A stretch of 64,000 nucleotides of DNA from Paramoeba atlantica (GCA_977017575.1 CDRNVI010000003.1:186001-250000), one strand, 5' to 3'; positions 50,592 to 61,859 are shown, numbered from the stretch's first letter. The notes: generated by a model not told the origin, from the sequence alone. Translations and numbers: made by a program.

Positions 50592-52319
50592 TTATAACCA
50601 CCTACGTAGGAAATTCTGCGCAGCAACGCGGAGTGAAGGAAGTTGCAGTCCAGGCTTCGTCGCTGGGGAAGCGCGAAACAACGCCTGTTGGGGTGCAACG
50701 TTGACATTGTTCACGGATCTTGCCGTGGGCAACGTGGGCTTCAGAGGTTTGTTGTCAAAGAGTGGAGCGAATGGAGTAGTGTTGTCGTTAATCGAATCAG
50801 GCAAAACCTCTGTGCATTTAATACGTAGTCGGTGTTTCTGATAGTGCGCGAGGACATCGCTCACACTGTGGCTTGGATCCACATAGGCTACAGCAGATTG
50901 GCTCTGTGCCCACTCGATCTTTCCTTTAAGCGGCAACAGAGAGGCAGCAGCTTCAATATCAGATACCTCCTCCGCGTACTCCAAGCGAAACACATGAGTG
51001 GAAGGCATCCATTGATATCCTTTTGCAAGGTGAATGTAATAGAGTGACCGAAACAATACCATACTATTTTGATACTTTGATAGCATTGAGACCGTGACAC
51101 GCTTTCGGAACTGTTCGAAAACGTATCCTGTACAGAGAGCGTCAAATGCCGCCTCGTGGGCAAGTGCCGGTTGGGCGCGCCGCTCGGAACGTTTCTTTAG
51201 AGCTTCGGCATAGCGTTCGAAACCTAGTGGAAACTCAATCCCCGGAACTGGAGATAATTGAATGTGATGAGGGGATTCTAGGACTTGAGGAAAGGGAGGA
51301 TCGGATTCCTTTGTTCTAGCAAGCTTTTGGGCTTTCTCTTCTTCAGCCAGAAAATAAGTAAATAAATTTTGTAGAGCGGTTGACTCAAAAAGCGGAAGCA
51401 ATCCGCACGAAGAAGCAAGTATTTTAGTGTCCCAAATGGCGGGAAAATTTTCTTTCGCGTAGCGCTGCAGTGATTCAATGTCCTCCGGAACAATGCCGTC
51501 CATATGAGCGATCAGAAACAACAGATCCATGAGAAGGTTGTGCCCAACTATTGGTTTCTTCGACTCCACAAGAGTTTTGTAAATCTTACGAAAACCAACA
51601 AAAGAAAGGTGCTTCTCAATTGCTTTCTGAATTTGAGAACTCCGGTCTTGCCTACTTGCAATCCAAAACTTGTTCCGCTGAAAAAATCTAACATCAAGCT
51701 GCAACGCCTGAATATGTCGCTCAACAAGCTTCTGAAGCGATCTATCCTGAACTTCTGGGAGCGGCAATTCAGCACTTTCAGAGTCTCGCAACCAGGATTC
51801 TATTCTCTCCCGTACAGGTTGGACTTCTGGATTTTCACAATCAATAGAGCTTCCCGGTTTAGGACTCAGGGAATCACATAGCGCCTGAAAGTGCCGTGCC
51901 TCTTCTGAGGCCGTGCAATAACCCACACCCTCATAAATCCACTTTTGAAAATCCATGTTGTGGTGCCTATTAAAATGAATCGCCTCGGGTTCCAACACTA
52001 GACTGCGGGTGGCTCGCCGTTCGATATCGCCGCTTGGGAATACGAAGAAGTTGAATGGACGGGCCAAAATAACGTCTGTATCGTTGTTTGCTAATGTCCG
52101 TCTCTCAAACAAACATAGACCAATTTGTATGAGACCGTAGGTCTCTGCAACTTTTCTTTTCGTAGAATAACTCTTAGAAGGGCTATCGAAACATGATTCC
52201 TTCAAGTCAGGTAACGTAATTCCAGTCATTTCGGCATCCAAGGCCACAAATTCGCTTCGCTCTAGAAGCTCACCAAATTCGCGTTCTACGGCTAAGAAGT
52301 TTGATTTCGTAACGTCCAT
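50592..52319 (-). CDS. PARN: Poly(A)-specific ribonuclease PARN (CAF1/DEDD family)
   Basis: FVALDAEMTGI, FNFFVFP, MDFQKWIYEGV, GHNLLMDL, WDTK, HEAAFDALCTG; likely start MDVTKSNF. Confidence 0.9.
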   Translation of the reverse strand: MDVTKSNFLAVEREFGELLERSEFVALDAEMTGITLPDLKESCFDSPSKSYSTKRKVAETYGLIQIGLCLFERRTLANNDTDVILARPFNFFVFPSGDIERRATRSLVLEPEAIHFNRHHNMDFQKWIYEGVGYCTASEEARHFQALCDSLSPKPGSSIDCENPEVQPVRERIESWLRDSESAELPLPEVQDRSLQKLVERHIQALQLDVRFFQRNKFWIASRQDRSSQIQKAIEKHLSFVGFRKIYKTLVESKKPIVGHNLLMDLLFLIAHMDGIVPEDIESLQRYAKENFPAIWDTKILASSCGLLPLFESTALQNLFTYFLAEEEKAQKLARTKESDPPFPQVLESPHHIQLSPVPGIEFPLGFERYAEALKKRSERRAQPALAHEAAFDALCTGYVFEQFRKRVTVSMLSKYQNSMVLFRSLYYIHLAKGYQWMPSTHVFRLEYAEEVSDIEAAASLLPLKGKIEWAQSQSAVAYVDPSHSVSDVLAHYQKHRLRIKCTEVLPDSINDNTTPFAPLFDNKPLKPTLPTARSVNNVNVAPQQALFRASPATKPGLQLPSLRVAAQNFLRRWL

Positions 52320-52689
52320 TATTTCATTGAAGAAGATCCTCGTGACAAGACACTGCAAAAAATAACAACAAAGTGCTAAAGGACATCATGCATTATACAA
52401 CTAGACGTAGAAAATATGATGCCAATACCATTATACAGCACAATACACACAGCGACACACAGAGTAAAAGTACGGGTGTAAAATATACAGATACCTAGAT
52501 AATATTTAATATATACCTAGATACCTACAATTCCAAAGGCAAGACTAAATAATTGCCCATCTCACTATATTTACAGCAACATTTGCCCATATGACGACTT
52601 TGCAAGGCTGAATCCGGATTATCAAAAGTCCCAAGTACGAGCAAATGCAGAATCCCCTCCCCACCTCTTGTCCCCACCTCTTGTCCTTA

Positions 52690-54273
52690 CTATCCGTCCT
52701 TAAACTGGACTGGACAAGTGAGATAGTACTTCAAATCCCGGTACATTCCATGATACAACCGCTGATCTACCGTGACGTGGTTTTGCGAGAACCCATCCTT
52801 CTCTTCATCATAATACAAATCAATCCCTGGCAACGGAACCTCATCCCGCTGCCGCGTCCTCGACCACCCCTTCACATAATACCCATGCGCCCGACGCACC
52901 TGACGCTGCCACACCTCCGGAATCTCCACCGCACACAACGTCAACCTACTCGGATCCACCTTCCCATACGCCGCCTCAATCTCCCACGGTCGCGACCACC
53001 ACGCGGACCACCCCCCTCCCCCCCCTCCCCCACACAACCCACTGCACAGACACGCCATGCACCCCCGGGGCCGCACCCTCTCCCGCATCCCCTCCCTCTC
53101 CTCCTCTCGTGGGAGTACCGTACACGGGCTCTCCCACAGCCCCCTCGGTAACTCCAGGTCATAGAACACGTGTTCCAGTCTCAGGTAGTACCACTCCCCA
53201 CGCACGGGGTAGATCGCCATCGGGAGGGCTCTGCCGCTCAGCGTGGCGGAGGCCGCCATGGCGAGTTCCGGGTGCGTACGAACCGCCTCGAGGGTCGCGG
53301 GGGACCCGAGATAGGCCAGTCGACCGGCAGCGTACCCCTCGGAGAGGTAGCGGGGGGCGTAGAGCGTGAGGGTACAGTGGGGGTAGTCCAGGGTGTAGGG
53401 GCGTCCAGGAGAGGAAGCAGAAGAAGAAGAGGGGGGAACGGTGTGAAGAGCGTTAAGCCGCTCGGGGGGGATGTGCCGGGTCCGGGTGTAGCCTTGGCGC
53501 TCGGGGTGTTGGGGGACGGGTGGGGCTCCCCACCAGTAGGTGTTGAGTTGTGCCCAGAAACGGAAGGGGTCGAGGAGAAGGTTGCGGAGGTAGGGGGTGG
53601 AGGTAGGGGGTGGGGGATGGGTAGGGGGGGAGGTGGGGGAGGGACGACGGTGAGGGGGGGAGCGTTGTTTGGTTTCACGTTTGGGAAGTCGTGAGCGGGG
53701 GTGGGTGGGGAGGTGACCGGGGAGAGGAGGAGATGGTCTTTCAGAGATCATATGGGTGGGGAAGTCGGAAGCAAGGTGAGATTGCTGCGTGTGGTTTCGC
53801 CCATCGAATAAAGGAGAGGAGGCGAAAACAACGTCTTTAGCTGTTGGGAGAGTTGCGCCCTCCTCGCTTGATAATTCGTCTGGCGCTGTGGGACTGTGGG
53901 GATGATATGACAGTGAGGTGGAATTTATGAAGTGTTTATCGCTGACCATTCGTAAGGACGAGTCGTCGCCCTCTTCCGAGGACTGTGTCCCCACAAAATC
54001 AAAAGTTTCTGTTTCGCGCTTCTGCGTATTCATACCAGATGCCGTTGAACTTTCTCTCGACATTTGTAAGACATTCTTAGAGGAGGCTTTCATTTTACCG
54101 GGTAGCGAAGGTCTGGTGTTAGAGTCAATTTTCGCACAGTCCACTAAATTAGTAACCTCGATCCCAAATAGGAGGATGACTACGGGAAGGACAGTAAAAG
54201 TAATAGAGTAGGAAACGCGACGCGCTTGACATTTTTCCTCCGCAAAGGAATCAATTGGAAATGTCACGTGCAT
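52690..54273 (-). CDS. Hypothetical protein (low-complexity N-half, globular C-half)
   Basis: 527-aa coding-strand ORF; no family recognised. Confidence 0.65.
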   Translation of the reverse strand: MHVTFPIDSFAEEKCQARRVSYSITFTVLPVVILLFGIEVTNLVDCAKIDSNTRPSLPGKMKASSKNVLQMSRESSTASGMNTQKRETETFDFVGTQSSEEGDDSSLRMVSDKHFINSTSLSYHPHSPTAPDELSSEEGATLPTAKDVVFASSPLFDGRNHTQQSHLASDFPTHMISERPSPPLPGHLPTHPRSRLPKRETKQRSPPHRRPSPTSPPTHPPPPTSTPYLRNLLLDPFRFWAQLNTYWWGAPPVPQHPERQGYTRTRHIPPERLNALHTVPPSSSSASSPGRPYTLDYPHCTLTLYAPRYLSEGYAAGRLAYLGSPATLEAVRTHPELAMAASATLSGRALPMAIYPVRGEWYYLRLEHVFYDLELPRGLWESPCTVLPREEEREGMRERVRPRGCMACLCSGLCGGGGGGGWSAWWSRPWEIEAAYGKVDPSRLTLCAVEIPEVWQRQVRRAHGYYVKGWSRTRQRDEVPLPGIDLYYDEEKDGFSQNHVTVDQRLYHGMYRDLKYYLTCPVQFKDG

Positions 54274-54469
54274 TATTGGTGCGAATACGAACCAAAAGAG
54301 ACTTAATTTATATTGAAAGCACTGCAGATACTATGCCCCCCGCAAATTGCCGCGGTTTTTGACCGAAACGTACTATACTATACTATAAGTGGGGAGTGAA
54401 GTTTAAAATTCCCGTTTTCAGGGAAGCTCTTGAGAAGCATTTATAAATCTTGAGAACGGAGTAATTTAT

Positions 54470-54670
54470 CTTTTTTAGACTCTTCGTTAAACGAGGTGGT
54501 TGTTTTCAACTTAGAAGTCACTCATGCTGCGCGCTTCGCGTTGAAAACTACCCCCGCGTTTATTACCGCTCTACCCTCGATTATTGAAAAAAAAGTGAAC
54601 AAAAACAGTGAAAATATAAGGAGGAAATACAAAGAGGAAAAGAATACATTGCGGGGGTTGTTTACAACCT
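54470..54670. repeat. Composite copy of the 35.2 kb and (inverted) 36.0 kb repeats
   Basis: 54470-54560 matches 35175-35265; 54564-54670 matches the reverse complement of about 35980-36075. Confidence 0.8.
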
Positions 54671-55384
54671 CTTGCTCTCCCTTCTTTATGGTGTCCGGGG
54701 TAGGGTGGATCGAGGAGGGTGTGAAAAGGGGGTCCAGTCCCCCTTATCCTCGATTCGGGCGCAAATCGCTGTGCCTAAAAACGTAAGTCTCGGGATTCGA
54801 ACCCAGTTAGTCCATTTGGTATGACATCCAACGTCCTGTAAGGGGAATCTCTCCGAAAGGATCCGAAGGAGGAATCATCGCGGTCACTTACGGATATTCA
54901 GTCCGCATTCCAGGATGTCATCGGCACTCGTAGCGATCCTACGTGCGGGGTTCATCTACACGAATGCCTCCTGCAAGCTAGCCTCAGTACCGAGCCATGG
55001 ATGACTTCGTTCTTAAAAACTAAAGTTCGCAGCGCAGTTGGGGACAAGCCAAATGCTATGTACTGCGCAAAGCAGATGGTGAGTGTCCCTCCAGGGTCCC
55101 GTATTCCGCATTTGGAAAATGAAGATGCCCGACTGTCCGTCTGGGCGTTACTATGCAAGCTCGGTGCCCTATTATTGTCTCATCGGTGAGGAAGGCCCCA
55201 TAGGTGAAACTGAAGCAAAATTCGGGGTTTTTCAGTTTTTGTCCATCAAATTCTCTGATTGTAGAAAATACTTCTCCAGAGATCTTATTCGTGTTTTCTT
55301 GAGTTTTTCGCTATTCTTTTCGTCATTTTCAGTTACTTGGTCTATCTTTCCATGCCTTTCACGGCATGTGTTGGGCTTGCTTGT

Positions 55385-55570
55385 CGGCGAAAGCTAACAA
55401 TAAGTAAGATTGGAACTTGGACCGAAAAGCAGTGCGTGGAGTGGCTACAAAATCATAAGTTGGTGACACAAAAGGTCATATGTTGCAGACGAAATCATAC
55501 GACTGACCACACTATGGAAATCAATGGTGAAAAATGGAAGTGCACGAAGTCTTGCAAAGGTATAGAAGGG
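55385..55570 (+). pseudogene. Merlin-like transposase N-terminal Zn-ribbon remnant
   Basis: TISKIGTWTEKQCVEWLQNHKLVTQKVICC..WKCTKSC is homologous to the 25.4 kb remnant. Confidence 0.5.
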
Positions 55571-55883
55571 ATGTATGAGAAGGCGGGTCCACTATTGCCG
55601 GGAAGGGCGCAGCGAAGCTCTAAACAAACACTGAAGTACATACAGTCCAGCTCTTGGCTTCCCCAGGCTCCAGAGCGCAAAGAGAATTGCGCTTGCGTAT
55701 ACATACATGTATAGCATGTATAGCATTGCGCTTGCGTATGTATAGTGTCCACATTTTAGGCCTAAGTTTATTGATGACGCTTACATAAGGTGACCCCTTC
55801 CTTATGGTATCTCCACTTGGAGCGAGCTCTGGAGAGAGGTAAAGCGACGTGGCTTCACATGTTCAATAACATGCCTAAGGAAC

Positions 55884-56589
55884 ATGTTGAAAAACTCAAA
55901 AGAAAAAATTGTACTCAGAACAGCTTTAAAGACCCCTTTCTTATCTAATAATCATAAGGAGCGCACAGTGCAATTTGCCACTGAAATGCTACAGTGGAGC
56001 GACGCTGCGCTGGAAAATATTATTTTCTGCGATGTAAAATTTTTTACGTGCAAAAGATCCACCCGACCCACGTACCTTTACCGAAAATCTGACCCCCCCA
56101 AAGAACAAACAGGGGAATTGGAACCCTATCATGGTGGAGAAGGTATTACGGTTTGGATGGGGGTGAGCTTAAAGCATGGGTTTGATTTACACGTTTTTCC
56201 TACCCATGATTCTCAAGGAAACAAAGTAACGGTAAAGGGACAATTTTTTTACCAAGCCATGAAAAAGAGGGGGGGGGTCTGTTCCAATATTTAAGGAGAC
56301 AATAGTGATGGACAATTGCCCGGCACATAATAAGGATCGTGCCGCTGCCCAAGAAAAGGGTTATTCTTGGCTCCAGCACAATCCCCCGATCTAAACCCCA
56401 TAGAGAATCTTTGGTCAATAATGGACGGGATAAAGGACCAAATTCAACCCAAAAATCAACAACAATTACTCTCCGCAATTCATGTTTCCTATGGTAAACT
56501 TAAGACAGAACAAAGATCTAAATTTGAGAATACGCTAAAACGCTTCAGAAAGCGTTGTAGAAAAGCACGGTGCACAGTGCGGATACTAA
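55884..56589 (+). pseudogene. IS630/Tc1-family transposase pseudogene
   Basis: IIFCDVKFF, GEGITVWMGVS, IVMDNCPAHN, PAQSPDLNPIENLWS, VVEKHGAQCGY* spread over several frames. Confidence 0.85.
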
Positions 56590-57978
56590 AAGGGGTTACT
56601 AACAATCTTCTTGGGGAAAAACGTTATTTTTTAACTTTTTTGCATCATTATTATGTGACAATTCGTGTTTTTGACCTATCCGGCATTTGTACTTCCACTT
56701 TGATACGTCATCCAGTTTTCCCGTCTTTCCTCCTATATCACCTTCCATTTCTAGAAGGGAAGATGCTAGATTCTAGAACGTTCCTGCTTTTTTCTAAATT
56801 TTTTAGAAAAAAATACGAAAAGTTTTAAAAAAATCGCCCCCCTTCGGGGGGGGGGCACACAAAAAACGAAGTATAAAGGGGGGGGCTGACCAGCGAAGTA
56901 TAAAGGGGGGTCACAGTATGTTAAAAGCTACCAACACGAAGACGCACAACTCTATGAGAGCTCTCGAGTGCGCTATTATTTTCCAAAATTGAAAAGTTTT
57001 TACAAATTTTAGACCCCCCCTAGATGGAAGTTTTCACCCCTTCCGCACTTTAAACCTAAGTTGTCAGTTTAAATTTTTCAACATTGTTTGAGCAATTTTT
57101 GAACAGATCTATGAAAAAAGCGAAAAAATCGAATTTTGCTTCAGTTTAGCCGCCCCATACTATGGGGCCATAGTAACGCCAGAAGAGCTGGAAAAGATAA
57201 TGCTGAACGACACTGAAGAGCAACCCAACGAAAAAATTGTCAATTGTTTGGCCGCTCACGCACTTTTTTCAAGTGAATCGGGCAAACCAGGCAGCATCAT
57301 TTGCAATGGATCCTCGGTCAGCACAAAGGCGTCTTCGACGAAGTTTCCCACAGGGCGGAATCTTCAAAGCAGTCCCCGACAACTCGACGTGAAGATTATG
57401 ATGTTCATTCCTTCTGAAGTGCTTAGAAAGAGACAAAGTGTCATAAAAAGATCAAGACACAATGGGATTAAAAGAATGTGTAGTTCGCTTTGACAACCCA
57501 GAAGAGCTGCGTGTTAGATCAGTTAGAAACGTAGCGTGCAGTTTATTTGTGGGCTTCTTTTCGCGTCGCATAGGCAGATAAATTATGCAGATTTATTATG
57601 CCAATCGTCGGTATCAGACTGCGCTACGAATGTACAACTTTTTGCTTCTGAAATTCCTCAAGTTTCTTCCTGGATTGGTTACGCTAAAGAGTTATGAACT
57701 ACAGTATGTAGTTAGTTGGAAACTACATTTGATACCTAGTTATTTTAGAGCACATTCAATCATCAGTGCAATGGCCTATTCCACACTTATACGTGATGGG
57801 TTACTCTTTGACATACAGTGTATTCCTAGAAGCTGTATGGCATAGTGTATAATACACATCCAGAACAAATGGGTTCATTGTCGCAGTGGTCATCTGATAA
57901 AGTCACATCTATGCATTACTTTACAAACCAGTCTCAAGAAAAGCAAGCTGTTTCCTATTGTAATTCACTCAACTATAA

Positions 57979-58037
57979 ACCCTTTATATCAAAGGAAATC
58001 CTTTATATCAAAGGAAATCCTTTATATGAAAGGAAAT
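57979..58037. repeat. 19-bp tandem repeat, about 3 copies
   Basis: CCTTTATATCAAAGGAAAT units, each a small hairpin. Confidence 0.7.
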
Positions 58038-58831
58038 GCCCACCCGGAGGCCTGTATCAGAAACCGTAATCAAACGCTATCGTGAGAACATGCGGAACAG
58101 AGTTCGTCGTGGACTCTCGCAATATGCAGTAGCGCCAACGGCTGAAAAAAGAACGTACTTCATTCGGCTAGAGCAATTACTCGAGGTACACGGCATTGCT
58201 AATATCACCGAAGAACCCTTCTTGGCCCTCTGCGTGAGCCTCTCCAGGTTCTATCGCCCAGGAACCTTGGGATCATTCCGTACTGCACTCGTATGGCGAC
58301 AGCTAGAAGACATGCCCGAGTCTAGTTGCTGGACGTTAGGGGCCTATTGTCTACACTTACCTCGGAAGGAGGCAACATGCCCCTCTCCCCTATGTTGGAG
58401 AAAAGACTAGCCCATAGGTTGATAGAACAGTCGGAAAAACACTTTAATTGGAATCCTCTTGTGTAAGCGTAGGTCCAACGGAGACACCAAAAGTTCACGA
58501 TGGGCCCCACTAGACATACCTTGACCGGGTACGGCGGGTACGTACCCGCCTGTACCCACCATATCGGGTACCGTACGAGCTATAAAAAAGAGCGGGGTTT
58601 ACAGCGTAGCACGAGAGGTAGCCACCTAATTTCTTCCGCATATTTGTTTCCTCTTTCAAGATATGTCAAGTACTACAGAATACACATACAGAATTGTATG
58701 TAAGTCAAGTAGACACAAAAGGTACTGACTCCGTGATACATCTTTATGTCTTTACGTTTCCTGTGAATGAACATTTTTTTGTTTAATTGCTGTGGATCAA
58801 TTATTTCATAAGCATTTCATATTTAAAATTA

Positions 58832-59040
58832 CTGTCCCGCCCCGTTTAAGCGCACCTCATTTTCCGCGAAAAGTGCGCTTAAACGAGGGGTCTGAATCAC
58901 TACGTAGAAGAAGAAGAAGAAGAATCACTACGTAAAAAAAGAATTGGCGCCGCTTCGCGGCGCCGGGCTCTTTCCTTCAACTCTTTGTGCGCTTAAACGG
59001 GGGAGTCTGACCGGGTGCGCTTAAGGGGAGGGGGGGACTT
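58832..59040. mobile_element. MITE-like element with GTGCGCTTAA subterminal repeats and a GC hairpin
   Basis: Left end TA|CTGTCCCGCCCCGTTTAAGCGCACC; imperfect inverse at 59014-59040; GGCGCCGCTTCGCGGCGCC at 58946-58964. Confidence 0.55.
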
Positions 59041-60656
59041 TATATTATACAGGGGGGATCAGCTAATGCTGGGGGGTCTAAAAATTGCAAAGCTTGGCCA
59101 ATTTTGGAAAATAATAGCGCATTCGAGAGCTCTCACACAGCCTTCTGTGGAGGATATGTCGTTGTGCATAAAATCAACAGTTTTATAAAATGGTGTACCT
59201 GGTTGGGTACCATAATGCATGTATCGGCTCTCCACGTGAATAAAAAGTGTATAATGAAGTGAATAAGAAGCAATTCTGATTAAAACGAGCTAGAAATCTT
59301 GTTACTGCTTCCTTTTTTCAGTACGCAACGCCGCCGGATTGCAAAGCGGGTTCGAGCCTCCATGCCAAACGATTCCTCGCAACACGTCGATGCCGGGAGT
59401 AACCTGCCTCTCGAACGGGGCAGAAGAGCTAAGAGAAATTCAGAAGAGGAAGCACCCTACGATTTATGAAGCTGCAAAGCATAATACAGACCCATGTACA
59501 TGTACATAGTTTTCATTGATATATTTATTTATTTCCCAATGAAATAGTAGTAGGTGAAGGATGTACGTTCGAGTCTCGCTGCAAAACAAAAAATCATTAT
59601 CTTGAGCACAGAAGGAAGTGCATTATGAAAGGTGAAAATTAGGAAAACGTTAGAGGGGACCTTTGTCAAGTAGAACGGTTTACGAAAAAGGTACTTCCTT
59701 GTCTACAAAGCCTTACGAACCTTTCTAGAACTCGATTCCTTTGGCTCATTAAAAAAATGGAGCAATTGCGACCAGCTGTTGACTCTCAGATGCTCGAGAA
59801 ACATCTCCCAAAAAGTTTGTCAACGATGACAGCCGAGCCATCGTTGACGAAATATGGGCAAAGCTATGCATTGAAATTGACTCGTGCGCATTTTTTGGCA
59901 TCGCGGTGGATGCAGGCATTGAATCCTCTAGTCTAGAGGATTTTCTAGGGGCCCTACCCGAGAGACAGGAGGCCGTATTGTCACCCAACGTCCAAGAGGA
60001 CCAGTAACCCGCTGTTCATTCGAGGTAGTTCCCGTGTCCGATGAATGGGGCTCTGAGGGAAGGTTACTATTTCCAGGAAGGGGAGAGATGAAGGGACATC
60101 ACCGGGAGCATTAACGTTTTCCGGAAGAGAGAAAGATGAATGGAAGTCAACTGAGGGGTTACCATTTTCCGGTAGGAAAAGAAATGAAAGGGATTGGCTG
60201 GACGGGTTAGTCATCATACCAGCCCGCAATCGGCTCCTACCTCGGAGAACCATCAGTTCAAAAGAGTAAAAAATGAGTCAAATACTGTGTAACAAGATGA
60301 AATAAGGTACTCGTGGGCCGTATATCACATTACACTAGAAAAAAAAAAGCGGCGCCGCTTCGCGGCGCCTCGTGCCCAAGGCTCTGTCAAAAAGGACAAT
60401 TAAATAGGGGGGGTAGAGGGGTGACAATTAAGTAGGGGGGGGACACTACCTGCAATCTTGGCAGTCACTGGAGGTCAGAGGAGTCCACATCCGACTTTCA
60501 GAAAAGCTGTTTTACCGACTCTCGGTTTCAAAAGGGGCAGAGAGCGTTTTTATTCTCCGAAAACAAAGGAAGAAACTATCTAAATTACAGCTTTACGAAT
60601 TTTCTCTGTACATTTTCTCTTTATGTGAAATAGTTACTCATATAGCATACGATGCA

Positions 60657-61859
60657 CTAATTCGGAGTGTGCCTTGCTGGCGCACCCCACCGTGAGCCTG
60701 CGGCACAGGTACGGGGGTCATTATCCTTGGAGGCCCACATAGTGCTCTTGTCTTGAGTCGCCGAATTCCCCATTCGACCCTTGGCCCGGGGGAACATTTC
60801 CGTTACCCCATCCGTCATATTGAGCGCTGCAGCGCGACGATACCGACGGTTGGAGACGAACGGCGGAGTCGCTACCTCGGTGTTATCAACAGACCAGTCA
60901 AACTGCACTGTGTGCTGAGAGCGCTCTTCCGGAGTCTCCCCGAACCACTGATAGTCAACTCGGATGTAGTGGTTTTGGTTCGGGCGCTCATTGTACACAC
61001 GCCAGGCTTCCGTCACGTCGCGTATCCCGTTTCCGAGAAAATGTGTCGCTGCAATGACTTCACGCAACAAATCCCTTTTGGTGTACGGACCAGTGTGCTG
61101 ATATTGATGCAAAGGAAATTTCCCTTCGGGATGCCCCTTCGCGGCATTCGTGCTGATTAGATGCAAATTTTCGTTTTCTAAGCCGCCGTAGGAAAATTCG
61201 CTCGGCACTTGGGATTCTGATTTTATACCAGACTCTGGAGGATTATTCCCTTGTCCATTTTTTCCTTGTGTATCGTGATCCTCCTTATATCCAGAACCTT
61301 CCGAAGAAGCTTTTTCATGGAACTCATGTGGTCGCGATTCTCCATAGATCGGGAATATGAACTGACGCTCGTCAAGACAATTAATGACCAAGTAGGGAAG
61401 ATCACCGTATTCAAGCAGCATTTCAGTTTCCACGTAGCACTGAGCATTATGAAATGTGATAGGAATCATGCATTCTCGTGCAAACTGCCTAGCTAACTCA
61501 ATTCTCCGCTTACCACGTGGCGTCAGAGAATGTTGAAAATAATAACAATAAATCGACTTCGTAAATGGATGTACGTGGCACTCGTTTTCCAATAACACGG
61601 CATACGGCCATACGATTTCTGTCGCTTCATTACCGAAAAGCTTTTTGGCTTTCGGAAGGTGCTTCCATGTATCAAGATCTTTCCATTCGGCAATACTTTG
61701 AAGTTGAGTTTTTTTCATAAATTTCCATTGTTCGATTTCTTTTTCACTTATTTGACGACGACCAGGCCCGCGATGCAGTCCCCGAGGTTTCCGTGGAGTA
61801 GAAACGGGTGAGTTTTCGGTTAGCTGCTCTAGATTGCGAAATATTGAAGCACGACGCAT
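60657..61859 (-). CDS. Probable mitochondrial protein (kinetoplastid-type, possibly mitoribosomal)
   Basis: 400 aa, presequence-like MRRASIFRNL; function is inference only. Confidence 0.6.
   Translation of the reverse strand: MRRASIFRNLEQLTENSPVSTPRKPRGLHRGPGRRQISEKEIEQWKFMKKTQLQSIAEWKDLDTWKHLPKAKKLFGNEATEIVWPYAVLLENECHVHPFTKSIYCYYFQHSLTPRGKRRIELARQFARECMIPITFHNAQCYVETEMLLEYGDLPYLVINCLDERQFIFPIYGESRPHEFHEKASSEGSGYKEDHDTQGKNGQGNNPPESGIKSESQVPSEFSYGGLENENLHLISTNAAKGHPEGKFPLHQYQHTGPYTKRDLLREVIAATHFLGNGIRDVTEAWRVYNERPNQNHYIRVDYQWFGETPEERSQHTVQFDWSVDNTEVATPPFVSNRRYRRAAALNMTDGVTEMFPRAKGRMGNSATQDKSTMWASKDNDPRTCAAGSRWGAPARHTPN

Larger units (their letters stand above)
56955..59135. repeat. About 65-bp imperfect inverted repeat pair (56955-57020 and 59071-59135)
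   Basis: TGAGAGCTCTCGAGTGCGCTATTATTTTCCAAAATTG..TTTAGACCCCCC and its reverse complement. Confidence 0.75.

Noticed and set aside
54780-54860. tRNA gene on the minus strand (GGGTTCGAATCCC followed by a T-run)
   Set aside because: Only a B-box/T-loop match. No acceptor stem, D arm or anticodon arm can be folded.
59330-59365. tRNA-Cys-like fragment (GGATTGCAAA..GGGTTCGAGCC)
   Set aside because: Spacing and stems are incompatible with a cloverleaf.
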